34,727 nt of DNA from a virus. Lineage: Duplodnaviria > Caudoviricetes. The stretch spans positions 1 to 34,727 of the IMG/VR virus record IMGVR_UViG_3300036987_000229, one strand, 5' to 3'. The notes beneath the pieces are model-generated. The model did not search any database, was not told where the DNA came from, and saw only the letters and a list, made by a program, of their open reading frames with translations. Both the position numbers and the translations under genes were made by a program. How positions within the stretch are numbered: position 1 is the stretch's first letter; each line of letters opens with the position of its first letter. Below, one piece after another: positions 17,847 to 26,047 of the stretch.

Positions 17847-18251
17847 TTAAAATGGTTCGTTATGTTGTGGTTGGTATTTATCAATTTTAACGACACGCAG
17901 TCCGGTACCTTCAATATATTTTCTTTTCTTTTCAAGGTTACCTTTAATGGAGTTTTCGGATAGTGATAATACCTGTATGTTATCCTTAGTGTAACCCTTG
18001 TCGTGTCTTATCCTGTCAATCGTTAAGCTGTGTTTTTTTGTGCCTGAATTGATTACCAAGTCATATTTAATTGCGAACGCCTCAAACTGTTCAAAGGTCA
18101 ATTCAAACGGTATGCCCCTACGCTTTGCGTTGTCTCGATGGGAGTAATACGATGCCTTCATTGGGTTCCGCTCGCGGAATAACCTTTGCTTACACTTGTA
18201 GCATTCACGTGATTTTTTTGCTGGTTTACCCCCACAGTATTTGCATTTCAT
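17847..18251 (-). CDS. HNH-like endonuclease
   Basis: CxxC..CxxC, 'AKRRGIPFELT', 'TIDRI...KGY..DNIQ.....EN..KG'. Confidence 0.75.
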   Translation of the reverse strand: MKCKYCGGKPAKKSRECYKCKQRLFRERNPMKASYYSHRDNAKRRGIPFELTFEQFEAFAIKYDLVINSGTKKHSLTIDRIRHDKGYTKDNIQVLSLSENSIKGNLEKKRKYIEGTGLRVVKIDKYQPQHNEPF

Positions 18252-18994
18252 GCCCTCCTACTCCCCCCTCCTACTTGTATAAATTTACACATTTCATTAA
18301 GCCTGTCGGTAGCCCTATCGCCGTAGTATTCGTTAATTTGTTCAGGTGTTAGGTTGGTTGTAAAGTGGGTAACAAGCCCGGATTTAAAACGGTCGTAGCG
18401 CTCTTGTATAATCTCGCTCATTACGTTTGCCTCATTGCCATAAAACTTTTGATTACGCTCTGTACCCAAATCATCAAAGGCCATGTTATTAAGACGGGGC
18501 GGTGTGGTGCTGGTGTATTGCTTAGTGTAAAATCCTATCCCGTCAAATCCGTGTTTTTGATACGATTGCGCCGTGTCCCGGCAGGTTTTAAAGCTATACC
18601 TATGCTGTTTAAAGTATTCGTATTCGGGTATGGTTGACAGGTCATGTATGGCTTTAAAAAACCCAAATAATATCTCTGACTTACCAACCCCCACTTCGCC
18701 AACAAGCGCGATGCCTTTGCGTTTTGTTTCAGGCTGTGGTTTGGTGAAATGCTCACAAACCAAACTCAATGCCTTGCGGTTATTATCGTCTACAATAAAT
18801 ACCCCGTTACGTGTCCGTAATATCTGTATCGTCCTTATTGCCAGTGCCGTGTATAACAATTCTGGGGACGTAACCACCTCTACCTGTGTCGCTGTTTGTC
18901 CCTCTGCTGCTTCCCTCCAATCCTGCATTATTTGCGTTAGTGGCCGTCCGTCCTCCGGCTCCGTTAAAATCTGTCTTAATGTTCTGCTTGCCAT
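18248..18994 (-). CDS. DnaC/IstB-like ATPase (helicase loader)
   Basis: GEVGVGKS Walker A, FDDLG.E Walker B, 'THFTTNL', 'YGDR..DRL.EM'. Confidence 0.85.
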   Translation of the reverse strand: MASRTLRQILTEPEDGRPLTQIMQDWREAAEGQTATQVEVVTSPELLYTALAIRTIQILRTRNGVFIVDDNNRKALSLVCEHFTKPQPETKRKGIALVGEVGVGKSEILFGFFKAIHDLSTIPEYEYFKQHRYSFKTCRDTAQSYQKHGFDGIGFYTKQYTSTTPPRLNNMAFDDLGTERNQKFYGNEANVMSEIIQERYDRFKSGLVTHFTTNLTPEQINEYYGDRATDRLNEMCKFIQVGGGSRRA

Positions 18995-19688
18995 TTTTTG
19001 GTAAATAAAGTCCTTTATATCCACTCAAATCAGAGTGCTTAACTATTTCTGCTGCATAAATTAAATCGCCTCCTGATAAATCTTTTAAATTTTCAAACTG
19101 GTAATCTGCTTGCTCTTGTGTTGAAAATCTTGCGCCCAACCTTTTTTTGAGTATCGGAACCCACTTTTGCATAATTTCTGTGTAAAGTCCATATCCTGAA
19201 TAATCAAAAACAACCTTATTTTTTTTTTCGGGAGTGGGGCTTGGGGGTGTAACCCCCTCTTTATCTAATACGTTAGTATTAGTATGGATTGGATTAGATT
19301 GGATTGGAGGCATTGCGTTCGCAGTGCGTTCGCTTTGCGTTCGTAATGCGTTCGCATCATCTTTTAAGCGTTCTTTTACCCATCTTGAATTTGCGCTGTC
19401 GCTTGCTTTTATAGACTTCTCCAACGATTTATCCCTCACCTCTTCTACCTTACTATTTATGTAAAAACTATCACTCGTTAGTGTAAACTTTTTTAACACT
19501 TTTTCTAACTTTTTTCGTGAAATTTTTGCGATTTTTTTGATACTTTTTTCATCAGAAGGCACAAAACCGTTATCCCATTGGTAGCATAAAAGTAGGATAT
19601 ATGCCCCCGTTTCTTGTGCATCAAATAACAAAGTCCCCTGCATAAAATCAGAGGTAAATAACGGAAAGTATGGGAGTTTTTTATGCAT
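18807..19688 (-). CDS. Replication initiator, DUF1376/YdaU-like
   Basis: 'PYFPLFTSDFM..T......GAYILLLCYQW'; internal iterons; adjacent loader. Confidence 0.8.
   Translation of the reverse strand: MHKKLPYFPLFTSDFMQGTLLFDAQETGAYILLLCYQWDNGFVPSDEKSIKKIAKISRKKLEKVLKKFTLTSDSFYINSKVEEVRDKSLEKSIKASDSANSRWVKERLKDDANALRTQSERTANAMPPIQSNPIHTNTNVLDKEGVTPPSPTPEKKNKVVFDYSGYGLYTEIMQKWVPILKKRLGARFSTQEQADYQFENLKDLSGGDLIYAAEIVKHSDLSGYKGLYLPKNGKQNIKTDFNGAGGRTATNANNAGLEGSSRGTNSDTGRGGYVPRIVIHGTGNKDDTDITDT
19286..19354. repeat. Probable replication origin iterons
   Basis: TGCGTTCG x4 at 11-bp period (19314, 19325, 19336, 19347) next to (GGATT)n. Confidence 0.7.
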
Positions 19689-19691
19689 ATT

Positions 19692-19946
19692 TTATACCTC
19701 TTCAAAAAACTCTACCTTTTGCATAACCTTATACCCTTCTTTTTTTAAAAGAAGTATAGCAGACTGTATTTGCATTTCCTTTATTGGATTAAGCAATGTT
19801 TTAATTGCTGATATTTTCCTTTGTTTTGTCACCCAAGCGTGTACAGTAGGGTATCTAACGTTGTATTTATCAGATATTTCACGTATTGATAGTTTACATA
19901 ATAGGTACTCATCGACTACTTTTTTTATAAATTTTTCTGTGTACAT
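19692..19946 (-). CDS. HTH DNA-binding protein
   Basis: 'SIREISDKYNVRYPTVHAWV'. Confidence 0.7.
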   Translation of the reverse strand: MYTEKFIKKVVDEYLLCKLSIREISDKYNVRYPTVHAWVTKQRKISAIKTLLNPIKEMQIQSAILLLKKEGYKVMQKVEFFEEV

Positions 19947-19949
19947 AGT

Positions 19950-20162
19950 TTATCCTTTTGCTTCAATAAATTTTGAGTAGTAATAGTTGTTAAGGGTAAC
20001 AACGGTATTATAAGACGGGCTTTCTATTTTACCACACTCCAATTGAGATAAGTACCCATTTGAAATACCGGTATCGAACTCAACATCTCTAAGTGTTAGG
20101 TATAGTTTTTTTCTTACTGTCTTAAAGTCAACAGGTTTTTTAGGCAATTCTTTCAAATCCAT
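19950..20162 (-). CDS. XRE-family HTH regulator
   Basis: 'LTLRDVE..TGISNGYLSQLECGK...PS'; leaderless after TATATTTA. Confidence 0.85.
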   Translation of the reverse strand: MDLKELPKKPVDFKTVRKKLYLTLRDVEFDTGISNGYLSQLECGKIESPSYNTVVTLNNYYYSKFIEAKG

Positions 20163-20215
20163 GCTGTAAATATAAAGATTAATATTAGTTTAAAAAGCAA
20201 ATAAGCTAAAAAATT

Positions 20216-20407
20216 TTATACGAGCCGTTTTTTCTTAGGTATTTTAACCCGCATAATTTCAGCGTACTTAGCCTCCGCCTGCTCTTTAGTTTGGCCGGGC
20301 AATAGTTGTACCCAAGTGTTTTTTAAAATCTTAGTATATGCCCCCTGTGAGGGGTCTAACTGCGCAAACTTTGCCAGTTGTTTTTTTGGCGTTCTTACTC
20401 TGCTCAT
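20216..20407 (-). CDS. Hypothetical basic protein
   Basis: Coupled ORF in operon. Confidence 0.6.
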   Translation of the reverse strand: MSRVRTPKKQLAKFAQLDPSQGAYTKILKNTWVQLLPGQTKEQAEAKYAEIMRVKIPKKKRLV

Positions 20408-20622
20408 TTTATTTTTTTTGATATGGTATTAAATTCTTCCTCTGTAATATCAATACGCTGTTCAGGCGTATATAAAGTGTCAACTAACTTTGTTGATATA
20501 GGCGTTTTAGAGTAGTTTCCGTTACCGTAGTCACTTACAACTATTGTATCGTTTAACGGCGCTGGCCACTGGCAGCAATAATGGGTTGTAGCCCCGTGGG
20601 TGATTTTAAAGTATTTGTTCAT
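20404..20622 (-). CDS. Hypothetical protein
   Basis: Coupled ORF in operon. Confidence 0.6.
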   Translation of the reverse strand: MNKYFKITHGATTHYCCQWPAPLNDTIVVSDYGNGNYSKTPISTKLVDTLYTPEQRIDITEEEFNTISKKIK

Positions 20623-21410
20623 TATTTATAAGAATATGGTGGTCTGTCGGCCATGTAAAAACCTGTTTTAAATTCACTGTAATACTCATAGCTTTCGTTC
20701 CAAGAATCGCGTACTTTGCAATCGTTATAGGCATCTATTAACTTATCGTAGGTCTGTTGTCCCCACTTTAATATATCGCTATGCAGTAGGTGTACTGAAA
20801 CATTTAGAGTTTTATCAACTGCAACTATTGCAAATTGTTTTTTTCCGCCCGTAGCCTTTAAATACATTGCTGCTTGCAGGTGGTAAAGATTTTTTACAAT
20901 ATCTCGTTGTACAGCAATAGGGTTAGCATCAGCAACTGTTTTAAGGTCAAATATTACCCCGTCGCCTTCACCGTCTTTAAATCCAATAAAATTTAAATCA
21001 CGGTATTGCCATTCACACAACACCTCTGTTTTACCAATACGCTCTAAAATGTGTGAGCTTGCCCGGTTTGAAAACACGGTGTTTACCATTCGTTCGGCTT
21101 CTAAATAGGTTTCAAGTTTTATAACCTCTTTGCCCTCGGCAATAAGTTCAATACGTGCCATTTCTGCCTTTCCATACTTAGTACGCAAATCGCGTTTTTC
21201 CTGCATCACATAAAATTTTCGCTCAAATTCATCAGGTGATAAGGCCATCGTATGCACAAGGTCGCCGAAAATCATAGCATCAGTTTTTATAATTTGTCGT
21301 AGTTTATAACGGACAAAGTCGCGCGGGCATTCATTCAGATTTTTCAATGCTGAATATGACAGCTTAATAGTATTGCTGTCGATAGTCTCAATTAGCTGGT
21401 TGTAGTCCAT
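20622..21410 (-). CDS. PD-(D/E)XK exonuclease (RecE/ExoVIII, DUF3799-like)
   Basis: 'LSYSALK', 'AMIFGDLVH', 'DLRTK.GK', 'IFDLKT', 'YHLQAAMY'. Confidence 0.85.
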   Translation of the reverse strand: MDYNQLIETIDSNTIKLSYSALKNLNECPRDFVRYKLRQIIKTDAMIFGDLVHTMALSPDEFERKFYVMQEKRDLRTKYGKAEMARIELIAEGKEVIKLETYLEAERMVNTVFSNRASSHILERIGKTEVLCEWQYRDLNFIGFKDGEGDGVIFDLKTVADANPIAVQRDIVKNLYHLQAAMYLKATGGKKQFAIVAVDKTLNVSVHLLHSDILKWGQQTYDKLIDAYNDCKVRDSWNESYEYYSEFKTGFYMADRPPYSYK

Positions 21411-22095
21411 TGTTAAACTCTTTTTTGCGGCGTAAAACATCTGAAACAAAAAGTGGGTTACCGTGCAAATCCTGATTCATTTCCCAAAGTTCGTTTAAGT
21501 CTTGAGTTGTTTTTGCAATCGCTACAAGTGCTCTGATTTGTGAATGATACAAGGGGTCTTCTTTTATAATAGGCTCGTATTTATCTGAATTTTTTCGGTT
21601 CAAGTCACGTCCAAAGAATTTACCCAATCCGATAATAGCGTTTTTTATACATTCGGCTTTGAGTTTCGGAAAACCCATTTCAAGGGCGTTTTTTTTCTTG
21701 TGGTCATTAAATTGACCGATTGAAGTATTTGCGTCCTGCATGATAACTATACTACTGGCCCCGGTACGGGTTAACCATTGGTTTGTAATTGGGTTTAATA
21801 CTCGTAATTCAAGACTGCCAACAACCTCATTAAACATACGTTCCCATTTGAAATTAACGGTTTCCCATTGTCCAAAAAACAATTCATCTAAACTGTTTTC
21901 CAAAAACGAAATAGGTATGTAGGAATAGTTTTCGCGGTTTGCTATACTATTTTTTTCAGGTTCCCTATTAAGTAGGGCTACAAACTTTTGAATTTTAAAA
22001 AGTATGTCAGTTCCTTTGTCCTGAACGATTGATAGTGCAGCAGGGTTTATTTCAAAACCCTTGTTTTCATCAAATTGCATTTTGTTTTGTTCCAT
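21388..22095 (-). CDS. Single-strand annealing protein (Sak/Rad52-like)
   Basis: 'YIPISFLE..LDELF..W', 'KAECIKNA...LG..FGRDLNR'; adjacent exonuclease. Confidence 0.7.
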   Translation of the reverse strand: MEQNKMQFDENKGFEINPAALSIVQDKGTDILFKIQKFVALLNREPEKNSIANRENYSYIPISFLENSLDELFFGQWETVNFKWERMFNEVVGSLELRVLNPITNQWLTRTGASSIVIMQDANTSIGQFNDHKKKNALEMGFPKLKAECIKNAIIGLGKFFGRDLNRKNSDKYEPIIKEDPLYHSQIRALVAIAKTTQDLNELWEMNQDLHGNPLFVSDVLRRKKEFNNGLQPAN

Positions 22096-22285
22096 TTTTT
22101 TCTTTGATTGTTAAAATTTGAATTTCAGGTTCATCCGCTACGTGCGGGTGATTGCGTTTAAACTTCGCTATTGCTTTTATGTTTGCTTGCACTTTAGCAT
22201 CTTCAACACTTTCTGCACTTTGTATCTCGACTGTATCGAATACTCCATACCATTTAACAGATGCGTAATAGTCTATAACAAACAT
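22070..22285 (-). CDS. Hypothetical protein
   Basis: ATG at 22285 (MFVIDYY..). Confidence 0.55.
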   Translation of the reverse strand: MFVIDYYASVKWYGVFDTVEIQSAESVEDAKVQANIKAIAKFKRNHPHVADEPEIQILTIKEKNGTKQNAI

Positions 22286-22419
22286 CGTAGTACTTGCATA
22301 AATAAATATCCAACGCAACCGGTGATAATTGCGCCCTGCACAAATTCAGCGAAGCTATACCCTGTTTTTTCATCAGTATTGGCTGCCTCGTTCAGTTTTT
22401 TAAATAGTTCTTTGCTCAT
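22273..22419 (-). CDS. Small membrane-anchored protein (48 aa)
   Basis: MSKELFKKLNEAA..GAIITGCVGYLFMQVLRCLL read by hand. Confidence 0.5.
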   Translation of the reverse strand: MSKELFKKLNEAANTDEKTGYSFAEFVQGAIITGCVGYLFMQVLRCLL

Positions 22420-22494
22420 TAGTTTACTTGTTTATAGATTTTGTAGTACCTTTCTTTTGCTTTTAACGCCCCCTCTCATAGGTTATTTACGTAC

Positions 22495-22593
22495 TCACGC
22501 TTTGTCGCATACAATATAAAACCCATACCCCGCAACTTTTTCACGCGGTAAAAAACTTGCGTCTGTGTTGATTGTAAGGTTGTTTATTTTCAT
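22495..22593 (-). pseudogene. RNase H-like N-terminal stub (32 aa)
   Basis: 'LTINTDASF...VAGYGFYIVCD' then TGA. Confidence 0.55.
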
Positions 22594-22913
22594 TATCCCA
22601 ATGGTGTTGTAGCCAGTGCGTGGCCGTGGTTAATACTATCGTAAATTACCGACCTTACATCTACGTCAAATACCATAAACATTACTACCTCACGAGTAGG
22701 GTTTTTGAAGTGTGCGCGAAATAATGCTATTTCGGACGCGTCATTTTCTGATAAGAAGTCCTTAGCCATATCGTTTGCAAGTTCATTTAAACCGCATTCT
22801 ATCGCATCATCAATGGCCTCCAAAGCGGTTACCGTGTCGCGGGTGTCGAACTTATCGCGGATAGCGCGGGATGCTATTTCTTTAAGTTTATCAAACTGTT
22901 TTGTGTTTTCCAT
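22593..22913 (-). CDS. Hypothetical early protein, leaderless
   Basis: TATATTTG-CGAT-ATGGAAAAC. Confidence 0.75.
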   Translation of the reverse strand: MENTKQFDKLKEIASRAIRDKFDTRDTVTALEAIDDAIECGLNELANDMAKDFLSENDASEIALFRAHFKNPTREVVMFMVFDVDVRSVIYDSINHGHALATTPLG

Positions 22914-22981
22914 ATCGCAAATATACAATAAGATTTGAACTTTGCAAATAAAATTTACAGAAATAGTGGGCACTATTAATG

Positions 22982-23003
22982 AAAAAAGCCCCTTGCGGGG
23001 CTT
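22982..23003 (-). terminator. Rho-independent terminator
   Basis: AAGCCCC-GCAA-GGGGCTTTTTT on minus strand. Confidence 0.85.
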
Positions 23004-23036
23004 CCATGGAATAACAAAATCAGATAAAGAATGCAG
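22982..23036 (-). ncRNA. Candidate antisense sRNA to early-gene leaders
   Basis: TATATTTG at 23041-23048, ~55 nt, terminator; contains CATTCTTTATCTGATTTTGTT complementary to AACAAATCAGATAAA(CAA)ATG. Confidence 0.6.
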
Positions 23037-23058
23037 GTTACAAATATACAAAAATTGT

Positions 23059-23340
23059 TTAACTATTAGATTTATTTAAGAATTTTCCTATCACCTCGGT
23101 GTTGTGCCGTATCACCTGCGTACACTCGGATATAGTCTTCACCATTTCTCCCCTATCTTCTTTAAGATAATTATCGAGCTTTGAAGATATTGCATCCAGT
23201 CGGTCAATGTCCCTTTTTTCGCGTTCCTCCGATACTTTTTCGGCGCGGTCAACCTTATTGTACAGGTACATGATTGCCCCGGCCATAAGGGCGAATATGC
23301 CCCCCTGTGTGATATAGCTGGTAAATATTGTTTCCATCAT
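23059..23340 (-). CDS. Putative holin (BhlA/UviB-like)
   Basis: Single N-terminal TM 'TQGGIFALMAGAIMYL' plus charged coiled coil. Confidence 0.55.
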   Translation of the reverse strand: MMETIFTSYITQGGIFALMAGAIMYLYNKVDRAEKVSEEREKRDIDRLDAISSKLDNYLKEDRGEMVKTISECTQVIRHNTEVIGKFLNKSNS

Positions 23341-23347
23341 AAAATTA

Positions 23348-24154
23348 TTATATAGCCCTTCCCCAATTTGTTTGAAATGTTTGAACTATGTTGTAATACG
23401 CTAATTGCTGCGAGGGGCTTAATGATTTCCCCATGCTTGCCCACGCGATGTTATAAGTAGAGAAATTGTCGGCTGCTGCGTTGGACAATATCCGAGCCAA
23501 TACAGAAACTTGATTAGTAGGAGGCGTTGTTGAGGCGTTAGCCGTAGAGGCTACTGATGCGCCATTTCGGTAAATTTGTTCAGCCGTTGCCCCGCTGCGA
23601 TTGCCTGTAAAAAATGCCCTGCTGTCTGCTGTTGCGTGAGCGGTAGCACTTTCCCCGTTCATTCGCACAATGGTTGTGCCACCTAACAGGGGAAACACAT
23701 TTGTAAATCTTGAATTATCTGTTTGTTTTGTCCCGATAGCGCACCCGCCTGAAGCATTATTCCTTACATAGCAGCTAAGGTGCGTGTTGTTTTGATAACC
23801 AACAGGGATAACATAATTTGTAAAGCCAACCCCCGTTGTGCCATTGCCTGTTACACCGTTAGCGTTGTGCGTTACGCCACCGGCAAAAGTAATCCTATAC
23901 GCCGCATTTAAATCGCGCGGGTCTTTAGCATTGAACTTGTGTGTTGCTGCAGTACCTCCAACAAATGGGTAAAACGCATCTAATAGGGTGTATATACCGG
24001 CCTGCTTTAAGTCGGTAAACAAATCGTTAATATAGCCCTTTTGCGCGTCGGTAAATACGCCCCCAGCGGCCTCCATAGCTGTTATATACGCCAATGCGTC
24101 GGCATCGATGCCAAAGGATTTGTTGGGATATGCTATTGCGTACCTGTATGCCAT
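23348..24154 (-). CDS. Virion-associated / fibre-like protein (lectin-like beta domain)
   Basis: 'DADALAYITA', 'DLKQAGIY', 'YPFVGGTAATHKFN', 'VQTFQT..GR'; Gly/Thr/Asn-rich. Confidence 0.55.
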   Translation of the reverse strand: MAYRYAIAYPNKSFGIDADALAYITAMEAAGGVFTDAQKGYINDLFTDLKQAGIYTLLDAFYPFVGGTAATHKFNAKDPRDLNAAYRITFAGGVTHNANGVTGNGTTGVGFTNYVIPVGYQNNTHLSCYVRNNASGGCAIGTKQTDNSRFTNVFPLLGGTTIVRMNGESATAHATADSRAFFTGNRSGATAEQIYRNGASVASTANASTTPPTNQVSVLARILSNAAADNFSTYNIAWASMGKSLSPSQQLAYYNIVQTFQTNWGRAI

Positions 24155-24432
24155 TATTGCGCACTTCCAGACCTTATACCCCACACAGAACCGCTGGTAA
24201 CGGTTACTGCGTTAATAATTTCACCGCTTATTAAGCGGATAACACTACCTTGTTTTAGTGCTGCACCGCTAATGTTACAGGTAGTAACCCCGTTTTGGCC
24301 GTCCGCCCCGGTAAGCACGGATATAACCGCGTCTTCATTAACTGCCAAAAAGGCATATTGTACATCGGTTACCGCGCCTGTGATTAACACAGTACCCGAA
24401 CCACCGATCATTAAACTGGTATCGCCTTGCAT
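24154..24432 (-). CDS. Small structural protein
   Basis: Beta-rich, TAATG-coupled in late operon. Confidence 0.6.
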   Translation of the reverse strand: MQGDTSLMIGGSGTVLITGAVTDVQYAFLAVNEDAVISVLTGADGQNGVTTCNISGAALKQGSVIRLISGEIINAVTVTSGSVWGIRSGSAQ

Positions 24433-24611
24433 TATTTTTTTATTCCGTTAAATTGAATACTGTCTGTGTGCTGGTATTGCAGCGTGTCAGACTTTAACAC
24501 TTTTGTTGTGGTAATTACGCGAATAGAAGTGCCCTTTGGCAGCTCTGTTGTGTTGTATTGTGCGCCCGCACAGCTAACCATAAATAGCGATAAAAATAAT
24601 AGTAGTTTCAT
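24432..24611 (-). CDS. Small lipoprotein
   Basis: MKLLLFLSLFMVSC lipobox-like signal. Confidence 0.55.
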   Translation of the reverse strand: MKLLLFLSLFMVSCAGAQYNTTELPKGTSIRVITTTKVLKSDTLQYQHTDSIQFNGIKK

Positions 24612-24613
24612 TG

Positions 24614-25102
24614 TTAATATTTTGGCACTTCGCAATAATCGAAGTCAAATTTAGTACTTATTGTTAAATTTAAAAGTTGGCCGGTGTACGAACTTTCTAA
24701 ATTCTCGTAAAACGGTTGTGTGTTAAAGCTGAAATTTATAATAAATAACTTGCTGTCGATCTGTTGTTCTAAGTAGTTATGTAGGGTTGCAAGTATATCC
24801 ATACATATACTATGTGCATCACTTTCCACATCGTTTTCGTTTTCGTCGGCCTCCCTCACCAAATCACCTACTAATAACTCGATATTGTAGTTTAATAGCC
24901 CTTTACTGCCAGTGGTATTGATGGGGTTTACCCACAAAAAAGGCATTTTATCAGGCTCGCTTTCGCCTTCCGGCTCGTTCGGTTGCGCCAAAAATTGCTC
25001 CAGCTTATCAATTTGCCCGTAACCGAAACTGCGTAGCATGGGGTGCGCGGCCTGTATATCGCTAAACTGCTTTATTACTTGATTTATCGTTAGATACACC
25101 AT
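24614..25102 (-). CDS. Putative tail terminator / head-tail joining protein
   Basis: 'HPMLRSFGYG', 'P.LWVNP', 'DVESD..SICMDI'; position in head-tail module. Confidence 0.55.
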   Translation of the reverse strand: MVYLTINQVIKQFSDIQAAHPMLRSFGYGQIDKLEQFLAQPNEPEGESEPDKMPFLWVNPINTTGSKGLLNYNIELLVGDLVREADENENDVESDAHSICMDILATLHNYLEQQIDSKLFIINFSFNTQPFYENLESSYTGQLLNLTISTKFDFDYCEVPKY

Positions 25103-25149
25103 CTAAAAACTTTTTGAGTTTAACTTCATAATCCTGCCTTGCGCTTTTT

Positions 25150-25773
25150 TTAAAATACTTCCTGCCTAGGGGTGTAATTTTGGTAGATGCCATACGTATA
25201 TTGGTTATAACCTATTCCCATTGCGTCCTGAAAGCCGCGTTTTGCGCGAACGTTGCCTAAAAATACCCCTGTCAACATACGGGATATTTGCCGCACCGGG
25301 CGCACCTTGTAAATTTCCGTATTGCCTTGCGCGTATAAAGGGTAATCGGTTTGGTTGCATATCAAAAACTTTATTGCAATATTACCTAATGCGATGCTTT
25401 GCCCATCAAACTTACTTTTCAACCTATCTACAAAAGAGGCATCTACGGGCGTAGCTACATCGCTGCCTTTAGTCACTATTGATTTGTTTGTAAACTTAGC
25501 GTATATCCACTCACAGGCATCAAATTTTACGCGCTGTATAAGGCACGGTATAAGGTAATCATTCAGCAGAGTTGCGTTTACAGCGGTTAGGGTATTGGGG
25601 GTTGTGCCCGCCTGTGTTTGCAATTCGTTATACAAATCCGTGCCGCAAATTTGCTGCAAAAAGCTATCCTGTGTCCAAGATATGCCTTGCTTCAAATATT
25701 GCGGGTCAATATTTTTGCTGAATATCCCGTCGTTAAGGATATTGTCTACCGATACAAATAATGTGTTTGCCAC
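25150..25773 (-). CDS. Putative head-tail adaptor
   Basis: 'NIDP..L...I...QD..LQ.ICGTDLY..L', 'LL.DYL.P.L'; GTG start after late-type motif. Confidence 0.6.
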   Translation of the reverse strand: MANTLFVSVDNILNDGIFSKNIDPQYLKQGISWTQDSFLQQICGTDLYNELQTQAGTTPNTLTAVNATLLNDYLIPCLIQRVKFDACEWIYAKFTNKSIVTKGSDVATPVDASFVDRLKSKFDGQSIALGNIAIKFLICNQTDYPLYAQGNTEIYKVRPVRQISRMLTGVFLGNVRAKRGFQDAMGIGYNQYTYGIYQNYTPRQEVF

Positions 25774-25780
25774 AATAAAC

Positions 25781-25839
25781 TAACGGGGAAAATATTTTAA
25801 AGAAACATGTTGCGTATACTGAAATAAATTGTATATTTG
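25781..25839. promoter_or_regulatory. Divergent promoter unit
   Basis: TAACGG 25781-25786; TTG-N19-TATATTTG 25832-25839. Confidence 0.75.
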
Positions 25840-25843
25840 TGGT

Positions 25844-26047
25844 ATGGAAAAACTTATTGAAGCATTAAACATTTTTTTGAAGTACGGTAACAAAGATTAT
25901 CCGTTTCATTGCGAGCACGATCAACTTACTATTGATTATGACCCGTCGGAATTTTCTAAAGAGGATTTAGGAAAACTGGCCGAGCTTGGCTTTCATGCCG
26001 ATGAAGACAACAGCGATTTTAAATCGTATAGGTACGGAAGTTGCTAA
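25844..26047 (+). CDS. Hypothetical early protein, leaderless
   Basis: TATATTTG-TGGT-ATG; 'YPFHCEHD', 'YRYGSC'. Confidence 0.75.
   Translation: MEKLIEALNIFLKYGNKDYPFHCEHDQLTIDYDPSEFSKEDLGKLAELGFHADEDNSDFKSYRYGSC

Noticed and set aside
25829-25843. Shared N-terminal peptides MYICG/YLCFNKSDK in the ORF track
   Set aside because: These are translations of the promoter and leader from TTG codons; true starts are the downstream ATGs
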